Origin: Bacteroidota bacterium
GTDB taxonomy: Bacteria; Bacteroidota; Bacteroidia; Bacteroidales; FEN-979
Reading direction: 5' to 3'
Assembly: GCA_037139855.1 (NCBI GenBank)
Contig: JBAXFM010000001.1
Coordinates: 2,503 to 66,502 of the forward strand
Length of the DNA stretch: 64,000 nucleotides
The notes under the pieces are model-generated. The model was not told the DNA's origin and ran no database searches. It worked only from the letters and a program-made list of their open reading frames with translations. Position numbers and translations under genes: made by a program. Within the stretch, counting starts at the first letter, position 1. Every line of letters starts with the position of its first letter. Positions 39,613 through 50,757 of the stretch are shown here, piece after piece.

Positions 39613-42600
39613 ATGAAGATCACCCAGGATTGCATTCAACGTATTTTATCAGTCGTAAAGGTAGAAGAGGTCATATCTGACTTCTGCAAGCTCGAAAGAA
39701 GCGGGGCGAGTCTTTATACCAAGTGCCCCAAGTGCGGCAAGTCAGGCAAAGGAAAAGGGCTGATCGTGACACCGGCGCAGGGTATCTACAAGTGCTTCTC
39801 CTGCGAGTACGGTGGAACGTCACCGATCAACTTCATCATGGATATGAAAAATACCTCATATCCTGATGCAATCAAGTACCTGGCCGAAAAATACAATGTG
39901 CTGCTGGAATATGAAGAAAAGCCAAAGGGACCGCAGGTAAAGAACGGCGTGAAGGAACTTACTTTTCGCGACCGGCAGCTCGCCTCCAGCGGACTTTCGG
40001 ATGCTGATCAAAAGGCCACTGTTGTCATCGATGAGAATACCCAAAAGGTGGTTGATGTTTTTGAAACCGGCACCAGGGATCAGTATGGGAAGATCGCACC
40101 AGGTGATGACATGATCATCTGGTATTACGACCTCGAGGGCAAGCCGGTCATGTTTACCAGGCCAAAAGGGAACAAGCAGGAACACCTATTCAGGATCCGG
40201 TGGCAAAATCCGGATCTGCATCATGACAAGAGCGGCCGCCCGATGAAATATTCATCGCCATCCGGATCCGGATCCCACCTGTTCTTCCCGGAAGAGATTC
40301 GGGAAGCTTACCGCAATCGGCGCGTGATCAAAAGGCTGTTCATCCAGGAAGGGGAGAAGAAAGCCGTGAAGGCCTGCAAGCATGGCCTTACATCTGTGGG
40401 AGTGATGGGTATCCAGAACATCGGGCACAACAATAAACTGCCCTACGAGCTGCAGCTGATCGTTCAGGCATGTAAAGTCGAAGAGGTGATATTTCTGATC
40501 GATGCCGATTGGGATGCCCTGAGCAACGACCTGAAGCCGGGATCCCGGGTTGATCAGCGCCCATATTCCTTTTATTGGGCTGTACGGAACTTCCGCGATT
40601 ACTTCAAAACGTTCATCAACCTGGGAATTTACCTGGAAATTTACTTTGCCTACATCCGCAAGGATGATAAGATACCGGTGTATGAGAAAGGTGTTGATGA
40701 TCTGCTGGCCGGCACGCTCCGGGATAGTGAAAACGACCTGTTCAACGACATCAAAACAGCGATCAACGAAAAGGATGGCCAGGGGAAATATATCCAGCTG
40801 AATAAGATCACCACGGTGTCGGATCTGAAGCTGCTCGAGTTCTGGAGCCTTCAGGATTCGAATTCCTTTGCCATGAAGTACAAGGAAACCCTGCAGAACC
40901 TTCCTGAATTCTACATTGGCCGGCACAAATGGAAATTCGATGAAGCCGGTAAGCTCGTGCCGGCACAGCCCCTGCAGGACGATGAACAGTTCTGGGAAAA
41001 GATCACCAAAGAGGACCGAAAAGGCAATGATTATACGCAGTATCGCTTCAGGTACCTTTACGCTTACAACTTCCTTCACCGCCGGGGATTCGGCCGCATC
41101 GAGATGGCCGGAAGGAACTATGCGCTGTGCCAGATCACAGATAAAATAGTTCAGACGGTTGAAGCTTATCAGATCCGCGATTACATCATGGATTTCAGCA
41201 AAGCGATACTGGCCACCAATAACCGGGAGGAACTCGTTGAAGTGATGGACATGCTTTATCGTGGCGGGAAAATGTATTTCGGTCCTGATTCCCTGGGGAA
41301 CGTTGATTTTGTAAAACCGGTCTTTGAATCTGCCGACAAACGGCACCAGTACCTGTTCTTTAAAAACAATTACTGGAAGATCACTTCCGACGGGGTGGAT
41401 GAAAAGCCGCTGAGTGATTTGCAGAATTATGTTTGGCGCGACCGGGTGAATGATTTCGACGGTGTGTTGATGGGAAAAGAAATGATCAAAGTGAACCGCA
41501 TCGACATCGATTACATCCTGGCCAACAAACTTGACCCCATGGAATATGAGCCTGTGATGGGCCAGTTCGATGTTGAATTCTCCCCTGAGGCAATGGAGTG
41601 TCATTTTGCCCGGTTCATTCACAACACCGGTGAGTTCTTCTGGAACAAAGTGCAGCACCAGAAAACCCGTAAGAAACTGGAGAAGGATCAGCGATCCATC
41701 GAGGAACGCTATGAAACAAACCTTCACATGGTGTCGAAAATGACGGCCATCGGTTATCTGCTTCACAAATACCGTGACAAATCATGTGAAAAGGCTGTCA
41801 TTGCCATGGATGGCAAACTCAGCGAGGTTGGCGAAAGCAATGGGCGCACCGGGAAATCGATCATGGGTTTTGCCATTGGCCAGGTGGTGCCGCAATGTTA
41901 CATCGGGGCAAAGTCAAAGGACCTGGAGCATGATCCGTTCCTGTTTGAAGAAGTCACCGAGAAAACAGATAACATCTTCATGGACGACGTTCGCGCCAAC
42001 ATCGACTTCGAATTCTTCTTCCCGATCATCACCGGCAAGCTGATGGTGAACGTGAAGGGTGTCAAGCGCTGGACCATTTCCGAGCGTGAAACCCCGAAGA
42101 TATTCATCACAACAAATCATGCCATCAACGGAAGCAGCGCATCATTCAAGGACCGGCAGGCGCTGATCGCCTTCAGCGATTACTACAATGAAGAGTTTAA
42201 GCCGGTCGATGATTTCGGAATCAATTTTTTCGATGAATGGGATGACAAGCAGTGGAACCTGTTTTACAACTTCATGGCCGACTGCCTGAGGTTGTATTTC
42301 CAGGCCGGCGATATGGGATGGGGTTACAATCACTCCGGACTGATCCAGCCGCCTACCGAACGCCTTGACCAGCGCCGGTTGCGCCAGTTCATTGGTGAAG
42401 ACTTCTTAACCTGGGCCGGTGAATATTTCAACGTGGAAGATCCGGAGAGCATCGACACATCCACCGGACAGAATTTGAACATCGACATCCCCAGGGCTGA
42501 GCTGTACAATAACTTTTTGGAGAAAACACCTACACAGCGGAAATTCATGAACCCTTTCCGCTTCAAGAAAAAAATGATAGCCTGGTGTGAATATCACCAT

Positions 42601-42723
42601 GCTTCATTCAATCCTCAGATCTGCGACAAATTCGGGAAACCGGGTGGTGATGACAAGCGCGGCGGGGTTGAGTATTTCACAATTGCTAACGCTAAATTTT
42701 CTAACTCAACTATTTTCCCATGA
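39613..42723 (+). CDS. DNA primase fused to a P-loop (D5/VirE-type helicase-like) domain
   Basis: Exact second copy of 866..3976 (offset +38747). Confidence 0.85.
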   Translation: MKITQDCIQRILSVVKVEEVISDFCKLERSGASLYTKCPKCGKSGKGKGLIVTPAQGIYKCFSCEYGGTSPINFIMDMKNTSYPDAIKYLAEKYNVLLEYEEKPKGPQVKNGVKELTFRDRQLASSGLSDADQKATVVIDENTQKVVDVFETGTRDQYGKIAPGDDMIIWYYDLEGKPVMFTRPKGNKQEHLFRIRWQNPDLHHDKSGRPMKYSSPSGSGSHLFFPEEIREAYRNRRVIKRLFIQEGEKKAVKACKHGLTSVGVMGIQNIGHNNKLPYELQLIVQACKVEEVIFLIDADWDALSNDLKPGSRVDQRPYSFYWAVRNFRDYFKTFINLGIYLEIYFAYIRKDDKIPVYEKGVDDLLAGTLRDSENDLFNDIKTAINEKDGQGKYIQLNKITTVSDLKLLEFWSLQDSNSFAMKYKETLQNLPEFYIGRHKWKFDEAGKLVPAQPLQDDEQFWEKITKEDRKGNDYTQYRFRYLYAYNFLHRRGFGRIEMAGRNYALCQITDKIVQTVEAYQIRDYIMDFSKAILATNNREELVEVMDMLYRGGKMYFGPDSLGNVDFVKPVFESADKRHQYLFFKNNYWKITSDGVDEKPLSDLQNYVWRDRVNDFDGVLMGKEMIKVNRIDIDYILANKLDPMEYEPVMGQFDVEFSPEAMECHFARFIHNTGEFFWNKVQHQKTRKKLEKDQRSIEERYETNLHMVSKMTAIGYLLHKYRDKSCEKAVIAMDGKLSEVGESNGRTGKSIMGFAIGQVVPQCYIGAKSKDLEHDPFLFEEVTEKTDNIFMDDVRANIDFEFFFPIITGKLMVNVKGVKRWTISERETPKIFITTNHAINGSSASFKDRQALIAFSDYYNEEFKPVDDFGINFFDEWDDKQWNLFYNFMADCLRLYFQAGDMGWGYNHSGLIQPPTERLDQRRLRQFIGEDFLTWAGEYFNVEDPESIDTSTGQNLNIDIPRAELYNNFLEKTPTQRKFMNPFRFKKKMIAWCEYHHASFNPQICDKFGKPGGDDKRGGVEYFTIANAKFSNSTIFP

Positions 42724-42935
42724 CAGAATCTGATAGGGCGGCTTTAAGTGGCCAGGGAATCATTATTATGCGGTCACAGTGTGTCCGTGAAGGTGAATGG
42801 ACGATTTACCAGTACTTTTTGGGTAGTTGGATCAAATCACTTCCATGCGGGTGTGGTTGGGAAAGCAAAGAATTATGTGATGAAGCAATCGACAGAATAG
42901 TATTGAAGCATAAAACATTTGTCAAGGATGAGTAA
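42720..42935 (+). CDS. hypothetical protein (71 aa)
   Basis: Exact second copy of 3973..4188. Confidence 0.55.
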   Translation: MTESDRAALSGQGIIIMRSQCVREGEWTIYQYFLGSWIKSLPCGCGWESKELCDEAIDRIVLKHKTFVKDE

Positions 42936-43030
42936 CAAATACATTTTTGCCGAAAATGATACAAAAAATGTCAATAATGATACACAAAACGCCAATTAAG
43001 TTGCATAAAACGCCAATTAAATAGCAAATC

Positions 43031-43540
43031 ATGAAAACAGAACTTGAGATTACCCAGGATTTATTGGAAATCATTGCTGAATGCGAATTTAGAATTCACA
43101 ATGCAAGAAAGGCTATTTCAGTACTGACCGGAATAGTTTATGAAGATGGCCCATGGAATTGGGATGAAAAAATTAAAGTTGCAAATACTGATTTGTTTCA
43201 TGCGCCGGTACAAGATACGCAACTACCTGTACCCCCCCCTGTTACGAAACAGAAGGAAAAGCAGAAGAGAACGTTCGCCGAAAAGAACTGTGAAAATTGC
43301 GGTAAACCATTTATGCCAACGCATAATAAACAACGCTTCTGCAGAAAAGAGTGTAATCCGAACGTGGCAAAGAAACAACCAACAGGCAAAGAAATCATTG
43401 AAGAAATGCTCGAATTAAACCATCAACCGGTTGCTCCGGAAAAGCATGTTGACCCGGTTGCATTTAAAGCGAAGATGGATCAGATCAGGCATGATATCCC
43501 CATCCAGCGGGAACGGCCAAATGTTACACGAGGATTTTAA
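43031..43540 (+). CDS. hypothetical protein with a zinc-ribbon-like motif
   Basis: Exact second copy of 4284..4793. Confidence 0.6.
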   Translation: MKTELEITQDLLEIIAECEFRIHNARKAISVLTGIVYEDGPWNWDEKIKVANTDLFHAPVQDTQLPVPPPVTKQKEKQKRTFAEKNCENCGKPFMPTHNKQRFCRKECNPNVAKKQPTGKEIIEEMLELNHQPVAPEKHVDPVAFKAKMDQIRHDIPIQRERPNVTRGF

Positions 43541-43550
43541 ACGAAAGCAA

Positions 43551-43949
43551 ATGGAAAAGGAACAGGTTAAATTAAGAATTCATGGTGTTGTGTCGGATGT
43601 GATGATTAAATTTCATTTAAGCAATAAGCATCTTCATGCTCAAGAGATACCGCGAAATTTAGTTGTTGAGCACATGCAGTGGGTGCGTGATACGATCATC
43701 AGGGTCCTGGATAAAATCGAGGATCCGGATGATGTAAATTCAGAGCGGCCGCCGATCGGTATCATGCCCAGGAATGTGTTTGAATACATGATAAAAGATC
43801 AGCGATTTGCAGAACTTTCAAATACGATCAGCAGATTTCTTTCCTTCGGTCGGTTAATTCCCATTGCATGGCTTACAGAATACAACGAATTGATAGAATA
43901 TTTGAGGTTACATAAACTCAGCGAACATGAAAATCCGGATCCCAAATGA
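43551..43949 (+). CDS. hypothetical protein (132 aa)
   Basis: Exact second copy of 4804..5202. Confidence 0.55.
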   Translation: MEKEQVKLRIHGVVSDVMIKFHLSNKHLHAQEIPRNLVVEHMQWVRDTIIRVLDKIEDPDDVNSERPPIGIMPRNVFEYMIKDQRFAELSNTISRFLSFGRLIPIAWLTEYNELIEYLRLHKLSEHENPDPK

Positions 43950-44119
43950 TAAGGAAATCCATTCTGTGGTTGACAACCTGGATGGTGAACAGGTAATGAA
44001 TGTTATCTGGAAAGAAAAGGAGTCCCGTTAAAATTCACAGAGTTGCCTCCTGATACTCCATTTACGGATGATCGCACGCTCGTGGAACTTGTTTATCCTA
44101 ATTCCTTATAATTTTTCAA

Positions 44120-44284
44120 ATGGAAGAGAAACCAATTATATTCAGTACACCCATGGTCCGGGCAATCATGTTCGGACAGAAACACATGACCAGGCGATTA
44201 AGCGGATTAGAAAGAATAAACCGCCGGGCTGACGACTGGGTTGGTGACAGCCATATTTCGCATATAATCCTATTCAATCAATAA
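44120..44284 (+). pseudogene. 54-aa ASCH-like N-terminal remnant ORF
   Basis: Exact second copy of 5373..5537. Confidence 0.3.
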
Positions 44285-44319
44285 CGGTTCATTTGCTATC
44301 TTTGAACAAAAATACACTC

Positions 44320-44535
44320 ATGAGTAAGACAGTTGAATTATCCAAGGCTCAAATAAGCACGATATTGTCGTGCATCAATGAGCGTGAGGCTTTATATCTC
44401 AAGGAAATTGAGGTTAACAAGGATAAAAAGGAACAGGTACTGATGGTCAAAGGCTGGAAAAAGAAGCTGATCGTTATTGAGGAGCTCCAGCGCCTGTTCG
44501 GTTATTCACGTTTATCTGTTCCCGGCAGGAAATAG
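44320..44535 (+). CDS. hypothetical protein (71 aa)
   Basis: Exact second copy of 5573..5788. Confidence 0.5.
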   Translation: MSKTVELSKAQISTILSCINEREALYLKEIEVNKDKKEQVLMVKGWKKKLIVIEELQRLFGYSRLSVPGRK

Positions 44536-44605
44536 CACCGCACCATCTCCCCCAGGTTGATCGATCTCCCGCCGGTCGATGCTCAGGATCACTTCAGAAA
44601 GAACT

Positions 44606-44632
44606 AAGCCAGGCATTCGCCTGGCTTTTTAA
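44606..44632 (+). terminator. Rho-independent terminator closing the early operon
   Basis: Exact second copy of 5859..5885. Confidence 0.7.
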
Positions 44633-44863
44633 TTGGTGAAGTATGGAGCTGGGTGAGCGGCAGCGAATACAGCTCGGTACGAACTCCTTATTCATTTCTC
44701 TCCTCCGGGGTCTGTTTTCGCCCCGCCGCCCCCTTTCTTTCTGAAAAATTATAGTGCAAAGGTACGGTATGAAAATCGCAAAGAGTTGAAGGCCTTATAC
44801 ATATATATATTATTTATTAATTTATCTTTTTGACAAGTATACTTATAAGAATAATAGAAAATA

Positions 44864-45053
44864 TTCGTGCTTTCGTGCGCACTAAAATTTTTAAAATGTA
44901 ACGATCTGATTTTGAGATTTTATGAGGGTGTTTTTTACTGCACGAAAATCGCACGAAAAGCACGAAAAGCACGAAAATCGGTACTACTTTTTTAAATGCA
45001 TTGATACTCAAATGGTTGCAAAATGAAAGTACGAAAGCACGACTGCACGAAAA
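44864..45053. repeat. Iteron array (GCACGAAA-type, nine copies)
   Basis: Exact second copy of 6117..6306. Confidence 0.8.
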
Positions 45054-45212
45054 TATTTGGACTTTTTACCAAGTATGCCTGTCACTTCGCACAAACTTTT
45101 TTTGCTATTGGAATTCTGAGATTACTATTGGATTTTTGCTTAATAATTCTTATATGAAGGTACCATAAACATTGACCTTTATAAAGACAACAGTCGAACT
45201 TAATTTTACTCC

Positions 45213-45731
45213 ATGGCATCAAACATCATCATCAGGGTCCGGTGTGAACCGTACCTGATCCGGTTTCTTGAAACGCTGTACGGGGGAAGCCCGATTTCGT
45301 TTCCGAAAAATTCAAATTTCAATGCCATCCTGGATGTGTTCCTTGACAAACCGCCACTGGGTCATCACGACCCGGATCATGGTGAAAATACCCTGGCGAT
45401 CCAGTTGCCATATTTCGAGCTGAAGGATATCCGATCGTACAATTATCTCACCGAGACAAAGCAGCGGATCTTCATCAAGGAAATCTGGAAGTTTTTCAAA
45501 ATAACCTACCGCCAGGATATCGCAAAATGTGTCGTGATGGGACTGGATCGCAAGGATGCAATCGAGCTTTTTATCGAAAAATACGATTTGCCGCTCGATT
45601 GTTGGGATAGTCTGGAAAAAGATTTTCAGAGATACCTGAAACTCAGGTCAAAGAAACGCTTATTTAAAAACAATATTAGTTCCGCAGTTAAAGACCATGA
45701 TTGTCCGGCCGTTTCCATGTGTGGAAATTAG
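45213..45731 (+). CDS. hypothetical protein (172 aa)
   Basis: Exact second copy of 6466..6984. Confidence 0.65.
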   Translation: MASNIIIRVRCEPYLIRFLETLYGGSPISFPKNSNFNAILDVFLDKPPLGHHDPDHGENTLAIQLPYFELKDIRSYNYLTETKQRIFIKEIWKFFKITYRQDIAKCVVMGLDRKDAIELFIEKYDLPLDCWDSLEKDFQRYLKLRSKKRLFKNNISSAVKDHDCPAVSMCGN

Positions 45732-45767
45732 CGAACATGGCGAACGCGTAGCATAAAAATACAAATT

Positions 45768-46223
45768 ATGACCATCCAGAAAAATTCAAATCTGATCCCT
45801 TCGGTATGCAAAATATCGGTTGTCCCGGTTAGTGAAGTCAGTTACCTGGGAAATACCACGGATCGATTTCATAAGTCCATTGATTTTTCGGGTAGCATTG
45901 GTTGGACCGGGATATATTTCACCCCGGGAACCGCTGAATTCGTCGAGAAGCCAAAGGATACCGACGCGGGTGATCTGTTGGAACAATCCCTGAAATTCAT
46001 CTTCCCTGGTGAAGATGATGCAAACGTTTCAGCGCTGGATGCGCTCGTTGGTCCTCCGGTTCTGGTGAAGATCGAATACACCACCGGGGCAGCAAAAATA
46101 ATGGGCGACATGGTCAACGGCGCAAAGCTTTCACTGACTAACCAGGTTGCATCCAAGGGGGCAGGCTACCAGTTCGAATTCACCTGCTCGGCTACATACC
46201 GCGCCTGCTGGCTTGATGCGTAG
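45768..46223 (+). CDS. hypothetical protein (151 aa)
   Basis: Exact second copy of 7021..7476. Confidence 0.65.
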   Translation: MTIQKNSNLIPSVCKISVVPVSEVSYLGNTTDRFHKSIDFSGSIGWTGIYFTPGTAEFVEKPKDTDAGDLLEQSLKFIFPGEDDANVSALDALVGPPVLVKIEYTTGAAKIMGDMVNGAKLSLTNQVASKGAGYQFEFTCSATYRACWLDA

Positions 46224-46291
46224 CCGCCTTTTCAGTCCTTTATACCACCACTCACACCTTATAATATTGTGAACTCATTTAAGAGTTTACA

Positions 46292-47176
46292 ATGTTAAAC
46301 CGCATTTTCTCCATTTTGGGCGCGCAATGGCTGATCCACGAGGATACAGCCGTTTCTTATTTGCCTGTGCTGATTGCCTTCATCAAGGGACAGGAAATTC
46401 TGCTCAAGCCTGGTGAAGAGAAAAAGCCTTATGTGGTTGCATGGTCCGCCACCGATGATCAGATCAACACGGTTGGAAGATGGCAACTCGATGATGAAAT
46501 GCTTCCGGAAAATTCTGTGGCAGTGATCCCCATCGAAGACGTGATCTGCACCTGGGACAGCATGAGGCTGGTCCAACTGCTGCAGGAGGTAAAGGCAAAC
46601 GACAAAATCAATTCCGTTTTGTTCATCGTCAACTCTCCCGGTGGGATGGTGACGGGCATCGACCTGCTGACAAATGCCATCAAGGATCTTGGAAAACCAT
46701 CCGTTGCCCTGGTGATCGGCATGGCTGCATCAGGAGCAATGTGGGCGATATCCGGATGCAGCTACCGGATTGCAAGTTCTCCAATGGATATGATCGGGTC
46801 CATCGGGACCAAAACTTCCATCCAGGATTTTGCTGGCCTGTTGGAAAAGATTGGAATCAGCATTAAAGATATCTATGCCACACTGTCAACCCGCAAGGAT
46901 GAACAGTACCGGGCATTCAAGGAATCCGGTGATCTCGCTCCCATCATAGAAATGCTGGATTTCGTCAACGAGGTTTTTCATAAAACGATCCAGGATAACC
47001 TGGGCATCGATGCCGGATCTGAAGTATTCACCGGTGCCATTTATTTTTCCGCAAAATCCCAGGAGTTGGGGTTGATCAATGAGATCAATTCCATGGACTA
47101 TGCGCTTGCCAAAGCCTATCAGTTAGGACTCAAAAATAAAATTCTCAATCAATCAAAATCACTAAAACTCTATTAA
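46292..47176 (+). CDS. S49 serine peptidase, putative prohead protease
   Basis: Exact second copy of 7545..8429. Confidence 0.8.
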   Translation: MLNRIFSILGAQWLIHEDTAVSYLPVLIAFIKGQEILLKPGEEKKPYVVAWSATDDQINTVGRWQLDDEMLPENSVAVIPIEDVICTWDSMRLVQLLQEVKANDKINSVLFIVNSPGGMVTGIDLLTNAIKDLGKPSVALVIGMAASGAMWAISGCSYRIASSPMDMIGSIGTKTSIQDFAGLLEKIGISIKDIYATLSTRKDEQYRAFKESGDLAPIIEMLDFVNEVFHKTIQDNLGIDAGSEVFTGAIYFSAKSQELGLINEINSMDYALAKAYQLGLKNKILNQSKSLKLY

Positions 47177-47179
47177 ACA

Positions 47180-49342
47180 ATGAAACAATTTTTTGCGACC
47201 ATCCTGGCATTCCTCAGTATCCAGGCATTTGCCAAGGATAAGGATGGTAAGAGCATTTTGACCGAGGAACAACAAACAAAGCTGAATGCTGAGTTTGGTG
47301 ACGAGTTCACCAGCCAGTTTGTTCAGGCTCTCTCAAAGGATCCGGAGGGTAATTCCACGGACAACGCTACCATCGGCGCCATGGTCACTGCGATGACATC
47401 AAAGTTACAGGCCGCTGCCGCTGAAAATAACACATTGCTTGCAGCAAAGAAAAAGTCTGACAGCGACCTGCTCGCTGAAAAGGCTGAAAAGGACAGGCTC
47501 GCCGGCATTGTAACCGAAAAGGATGGCATCATTGCCACACTCAAAAAAACTCCGGAAGACGACCCGGAAGCAAACCGTAAGGATATGAAGACAGATCCCA
47601 AAAACTGGAAACCGACAGGTCAGGATACTCACCTTTTCGGTAAAACCGATTCATTCTTTGCCCTTGACGCAGGTCACGGATACAACAAACGTGCTTATGC
47701 AGCACTTTGTGCCATGCATGGTATCGAAATGGGCGCACCGCGCGCTGCTTCATCGCTTGATTATGCATCGCTGAAAAGTGACCTGGGCGAATATTACCGC
47801 GTGAGGATGCAGGATCGCATCCAGAGTTTCCTGCAGGAAATGCCCGACCTGGAGAAAGTATTCCCGACGGAATCAGGGTACCAGGATCAGGCCGTGCTCG
47901 TGAATCTCTTCCTCACCGATGATTTCTCACAGGCCGACAGCACTGCCCTGGGCAGCAGCTTTGACAACATGGTTAAAGGCGGCTACAAGTTCGAGCCGGA
48001 AATCCTCACCATGTACGATGTGATGTTCGTTCATAAATTCTCTCAGCTGAAGGAACTGGAAAAGACCTGGATCGGTTTCCTGAACCGTGAAGGATCATCG
48101 ACCATGAAATGGTCATTCATCCAGTACATTCTGGTGGAAACCGCCAAGAAACTGAAGAACGAAAAGACCAACCGGTCGATCCGCGGGGTTCGCAAAAACC
48201 CGACGCAAAATGTTGCCGGCACTTCACTGCAGGCCAGCAATGGTTTGTTGAAGTTCATCAAGAACCAGATTGCAGCTTTCAAGGTAAAACCCTTTGCCCT
48301 GGGCGAATGGACACCTTCCACCATTGCGGCATACGTGAAGAATGCCACGAAGTTGATTCCTGAAGTGTTGCGTGACTCCGGCCGGATCGTACTCTACATG
48401 AGTACCGACGCTTTGAGCGATTACCACACCAACCTGGAGACCCTTTACGGTTTGAACCAGGATTACAAGGCCGATATCATGTACGTGAAGGAATATCCTT
48501 CGGTAAAGATCATCCCGGTGATCGGGATGGCTCCGAGCAAACGCATGATCTGGACCCTCGAGGGCAACATCAAGCAGTTCGAAGATCAGCCTGGTGAGAT
48601 GCTCAACTTCAACATCGAGCAGCAGGACTGGACTTTGAAAGTCTGGAGCAACTGGCGCGAATCCGTATGGGCATACCTGGTTGGAAAGAAGTACGCTTCT
48701 GCCGCCGAGATGCCATCAGATTACAGCACTCAGCTGATCTTCTGCAACGATGTGGATGAGGCTGCCGATTACTTCATCAGCGCAGATGCCAACGACACCA
48801 CCCCATCGGTGTTGAATCACACCTCCCTGGTGACTGTTGCCAATTCACAGGCTACTGCCATCACCACATTCGACGACTGTGCCGTTGGCCAGGAAGTCAG
48901 GATCAAGTGCGGCAACGCCACCAACGCTTCCACCATCGCAGCTTCCGGGAACTTCTCCCTGATCACTGCAGCCTGGACTCCTTCGGTAGGGGATATCCTT
49001 TATCTGAAGAAAAGAAGTGACGGCAAGTTCATTGAACTCAAGAGGGATGTTGTCAGCAGCACTGCCACGGCAATTGCAGCGGATGATGTAACGCCTGATG
49101 TGACCGGCAATGACAAGTTCATCACGGTTGCCAATTCACAGGCCACGGCCATCACAACCTTCGACAATGCTGTTACGGATAAGGTATACACCATCTACGG
49201 CGGCAGTGCTACGAATGCTTCAACGATTGCAAACGCCGGGAACTTCGTTCTCACCGCTGCAATGACTCTCACCGCAGGTACCTGGATCAGACTCCAGAAA
49301 GCAGCGAACGCTAAGTTCTACGAAATCGACCGCAGCGCATAG
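47180..49342 (+). CDS. putative major capsid protein with C-terminal tandem repeat domains
   Basis: Exact second copy of 8433..10595. Confidence 0.65.
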   Translation: MKQFFATILAFLSIQAFAKDKDGKSILTEEQQTKLNAEFGDEFTSQFVQALSKDPEGNSTDNATIGAMVTAMTSKLQAAAAENNTLLAAKKKSDSDLLAEKAEKDRLAGIVTEKDGIIATLKKTPEDDPEANRKDMKTDPKNWKPTGQDTHLFGKTDSFFALDAGHGYNKRAYAALCAMHGIEMGAPRAASSLDYASLKSDLGEYYRVRMQDRIQSFLQEMPDLEKVFPTESGYQDQAVLVNLFLTDDFSQADSTALGSSFDNMVKGGYKFEPEILTMYDVMFVHKFSQLKELEKTWIGFLNREGSSTMKWSFIQYILVETAKKLKNEKTNRSIRGVRKNPTQNVAGTSLQASNGLLKFIKNQIAAFKVKPFALGEWTPSTIAAYVKNATKLIPEVLRDSGRIVLYMSTDALSDYHTNLETLYGLNQDYKADIMYVKEYPSVKIIPVIGMAPSKRMIWTLEGNIKQFEDQPGEMLNFNIEQQDWTLKVWSNWRESVWAYLVGKKYASAAEMPSDYSTQLIFCNDVDEAADYFISADANDTTPSVLNHTSLVTVANSQATAITTFDDCAVGQEVRIKCGNATNASTIAASGNFSLITAAWTPSVGDILYLKKRSDGKFIELKRDVVSSTATAIAADDVTPDVTGNDKFITVANSQATAITTFDNAVTDKVYTIYGGSATNASTIANAGNFVLTAAMTLTAGTWIRLQKAANAKFYEIDRSA

Positions 49343-49413
49343 TCCGACCGGGAGGGGACATAATCCCCTCCCATCGGCCTATAGCCAGTCTTAACCTATA
49401 ATACTTTATCGAT

Positions 49414-50223
49414 ATGTACGTAAAAGTTGACGTCAGCAAGCCCGGTGATAACAAGGGAGTTGGCGGGGATAAAAAAGCGACCGTCACAATCTTTGATTGG
49501 GATGATGTTGCCAGCATGCCGGCAAGGAATGCCAGCGGAATTGTCATTACCGGAAACATCACGTTGAATGCGGGCGCATACATGAGCAAATTGTATGCAA
49601 CCCAGAGTACCATCAAAGCCGGTGCCGACAGCGAAGGCGATCCTGATGCAAAAGGCATCATGCAGAGTGTTGAATTCGAACACCCGGGAGATTCTCAGGC
49701 TATCAGGGAATTTCGCGCTAACTGGATGAACAAAAACATCGGGATCATCATCGAGCGTTGTTCATCTGTGCAGAAAAACCAATACGGAACGCCGTGTTCA
49801 CCGCTTCAGATGGTTTTCAAAGCTGAAGACGACAAGGACAAGAACAAAACAACGTTCACGTTCAAGTCGATCAACAAAGGTCCGGATGTTGCCGATTACC
49901 AGGGAACGATGACCTACAGCACAGTGCTTGCAACCATTGCCGCAGACGCTGCTACCGTTAACCTGGTAACAGGTTCCGGCAGGTATGCGCTGACTTCGGG
50001 TGTTGCTGCAGCTGCAACCATCACGACCTGCAGCAATGCAGTTGACGGAATGAGTTTCACCCTGGTTGGATCCGGAGGAGCATTTCCTTCTGAAATCACC
50101 GGTGATGACTTTGTACTGTCATCCGGAACGGCATGGACCGCCATTGCAGGCGCTGAGATCACCTTCAAAGCGTTCAAAAGCGGTGCAAGTGCATGGAAGT
50201 TCTTCGAATTGAGCCGCAAATAG
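49414..50223 (+). CDS. hypothetical structural protein with the capsid-type C-terminal domain
   Basis: Exact second copy of 10667..11476. Confidence 0.7.
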   Translation: MYVKVDVSKPGDNKGVGGDKKATVTIFDWDDVASMPARNASGIVITGNITLNAGAYMSKLYATQSTIKAGADSEGDPDAKGIMQSVEFEHPGDSQAIREFRANWMNKNIGIIIERCSSVQKNQYGTPCSPLQMVFKAEDDKDKNKTTFTFKSINKGPDVADYQGTMTYSTVLATIAADAATVNLVTGSGRYALTSGVAAAATITTCSNAVDGMSFTLVGSGGAFPSEITGDDFVLSSGTAWTAIAGAEITFKAFKSGASAWKFFELSRK

Positions 50224-50268
50224 CGGATAGTTTACGAGGTTAATTCCTCCCATAATCAAGTGTGTGTT

Positions 50269-50302
50269 ACCCGTCGCATGTCATGGTGCGGCGGGTTTTT
50301 TA
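50269..50302 (+). terminator. Rho-independent terminator
   Basis: Exact second copy of 11522..11555. Confidence 0.75.
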
Positions 50303-50362
50303 ATGTCCTTTTCAGATTATATCAATGATTTTAAGTTTGTTTCGATTCAAAAACATTCAGTT

Positions 50363-50710
50363 ATGAAAACCGAAATTGAAAATTATTTTAAAAAGGACCG
50401 CAGTCACGCCGGCGGCGTTCAGCTGATCATGAAACATTCCAACCGCCTTGCTCTGAAGAAACAGTGCAACATGCAACCTGAAAGTGAGTATATGACCGGT
50501 GTGATCCATGAAGAGCTGCGCGAGCTCGCCGGGATGACCCAGGAGGCGCTCAGGGATCTGTTTTCGGCAAAAGTGGCCAAAGATATTCCCCAGGTGAAAG
50601 ATGTTGTTATACCCCCTGTGAAGGCACAATCGGCAAACCCACCGGTGGCCACAAAAACCGCCAAAACCGTAAGTGGGCCCGCCTCAAAAAAAGCGAGCCG
50701 CAAAAAATAG
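50363..50710 (+). CDS. hypothetical protein with a basic tail (115 aa)
   Basis: Exact second copy of 11616..11963. Confidence 0.55.
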   Translation: MKTEIENYFKKDRSHAGGVQLIMKHSNRLALKKQCNMQPESEYMTGVIHEELRELAGMTQEALRDLFSAKVAKDIPQVKDVVIPPVKAQSANPPVATKTAKTVSGPASKKASRKK

Positions 50711-50757
50711 CATTAAACTCAGTACCGGCCTTCCGTATCCGGGAAGAATTCCCCTTT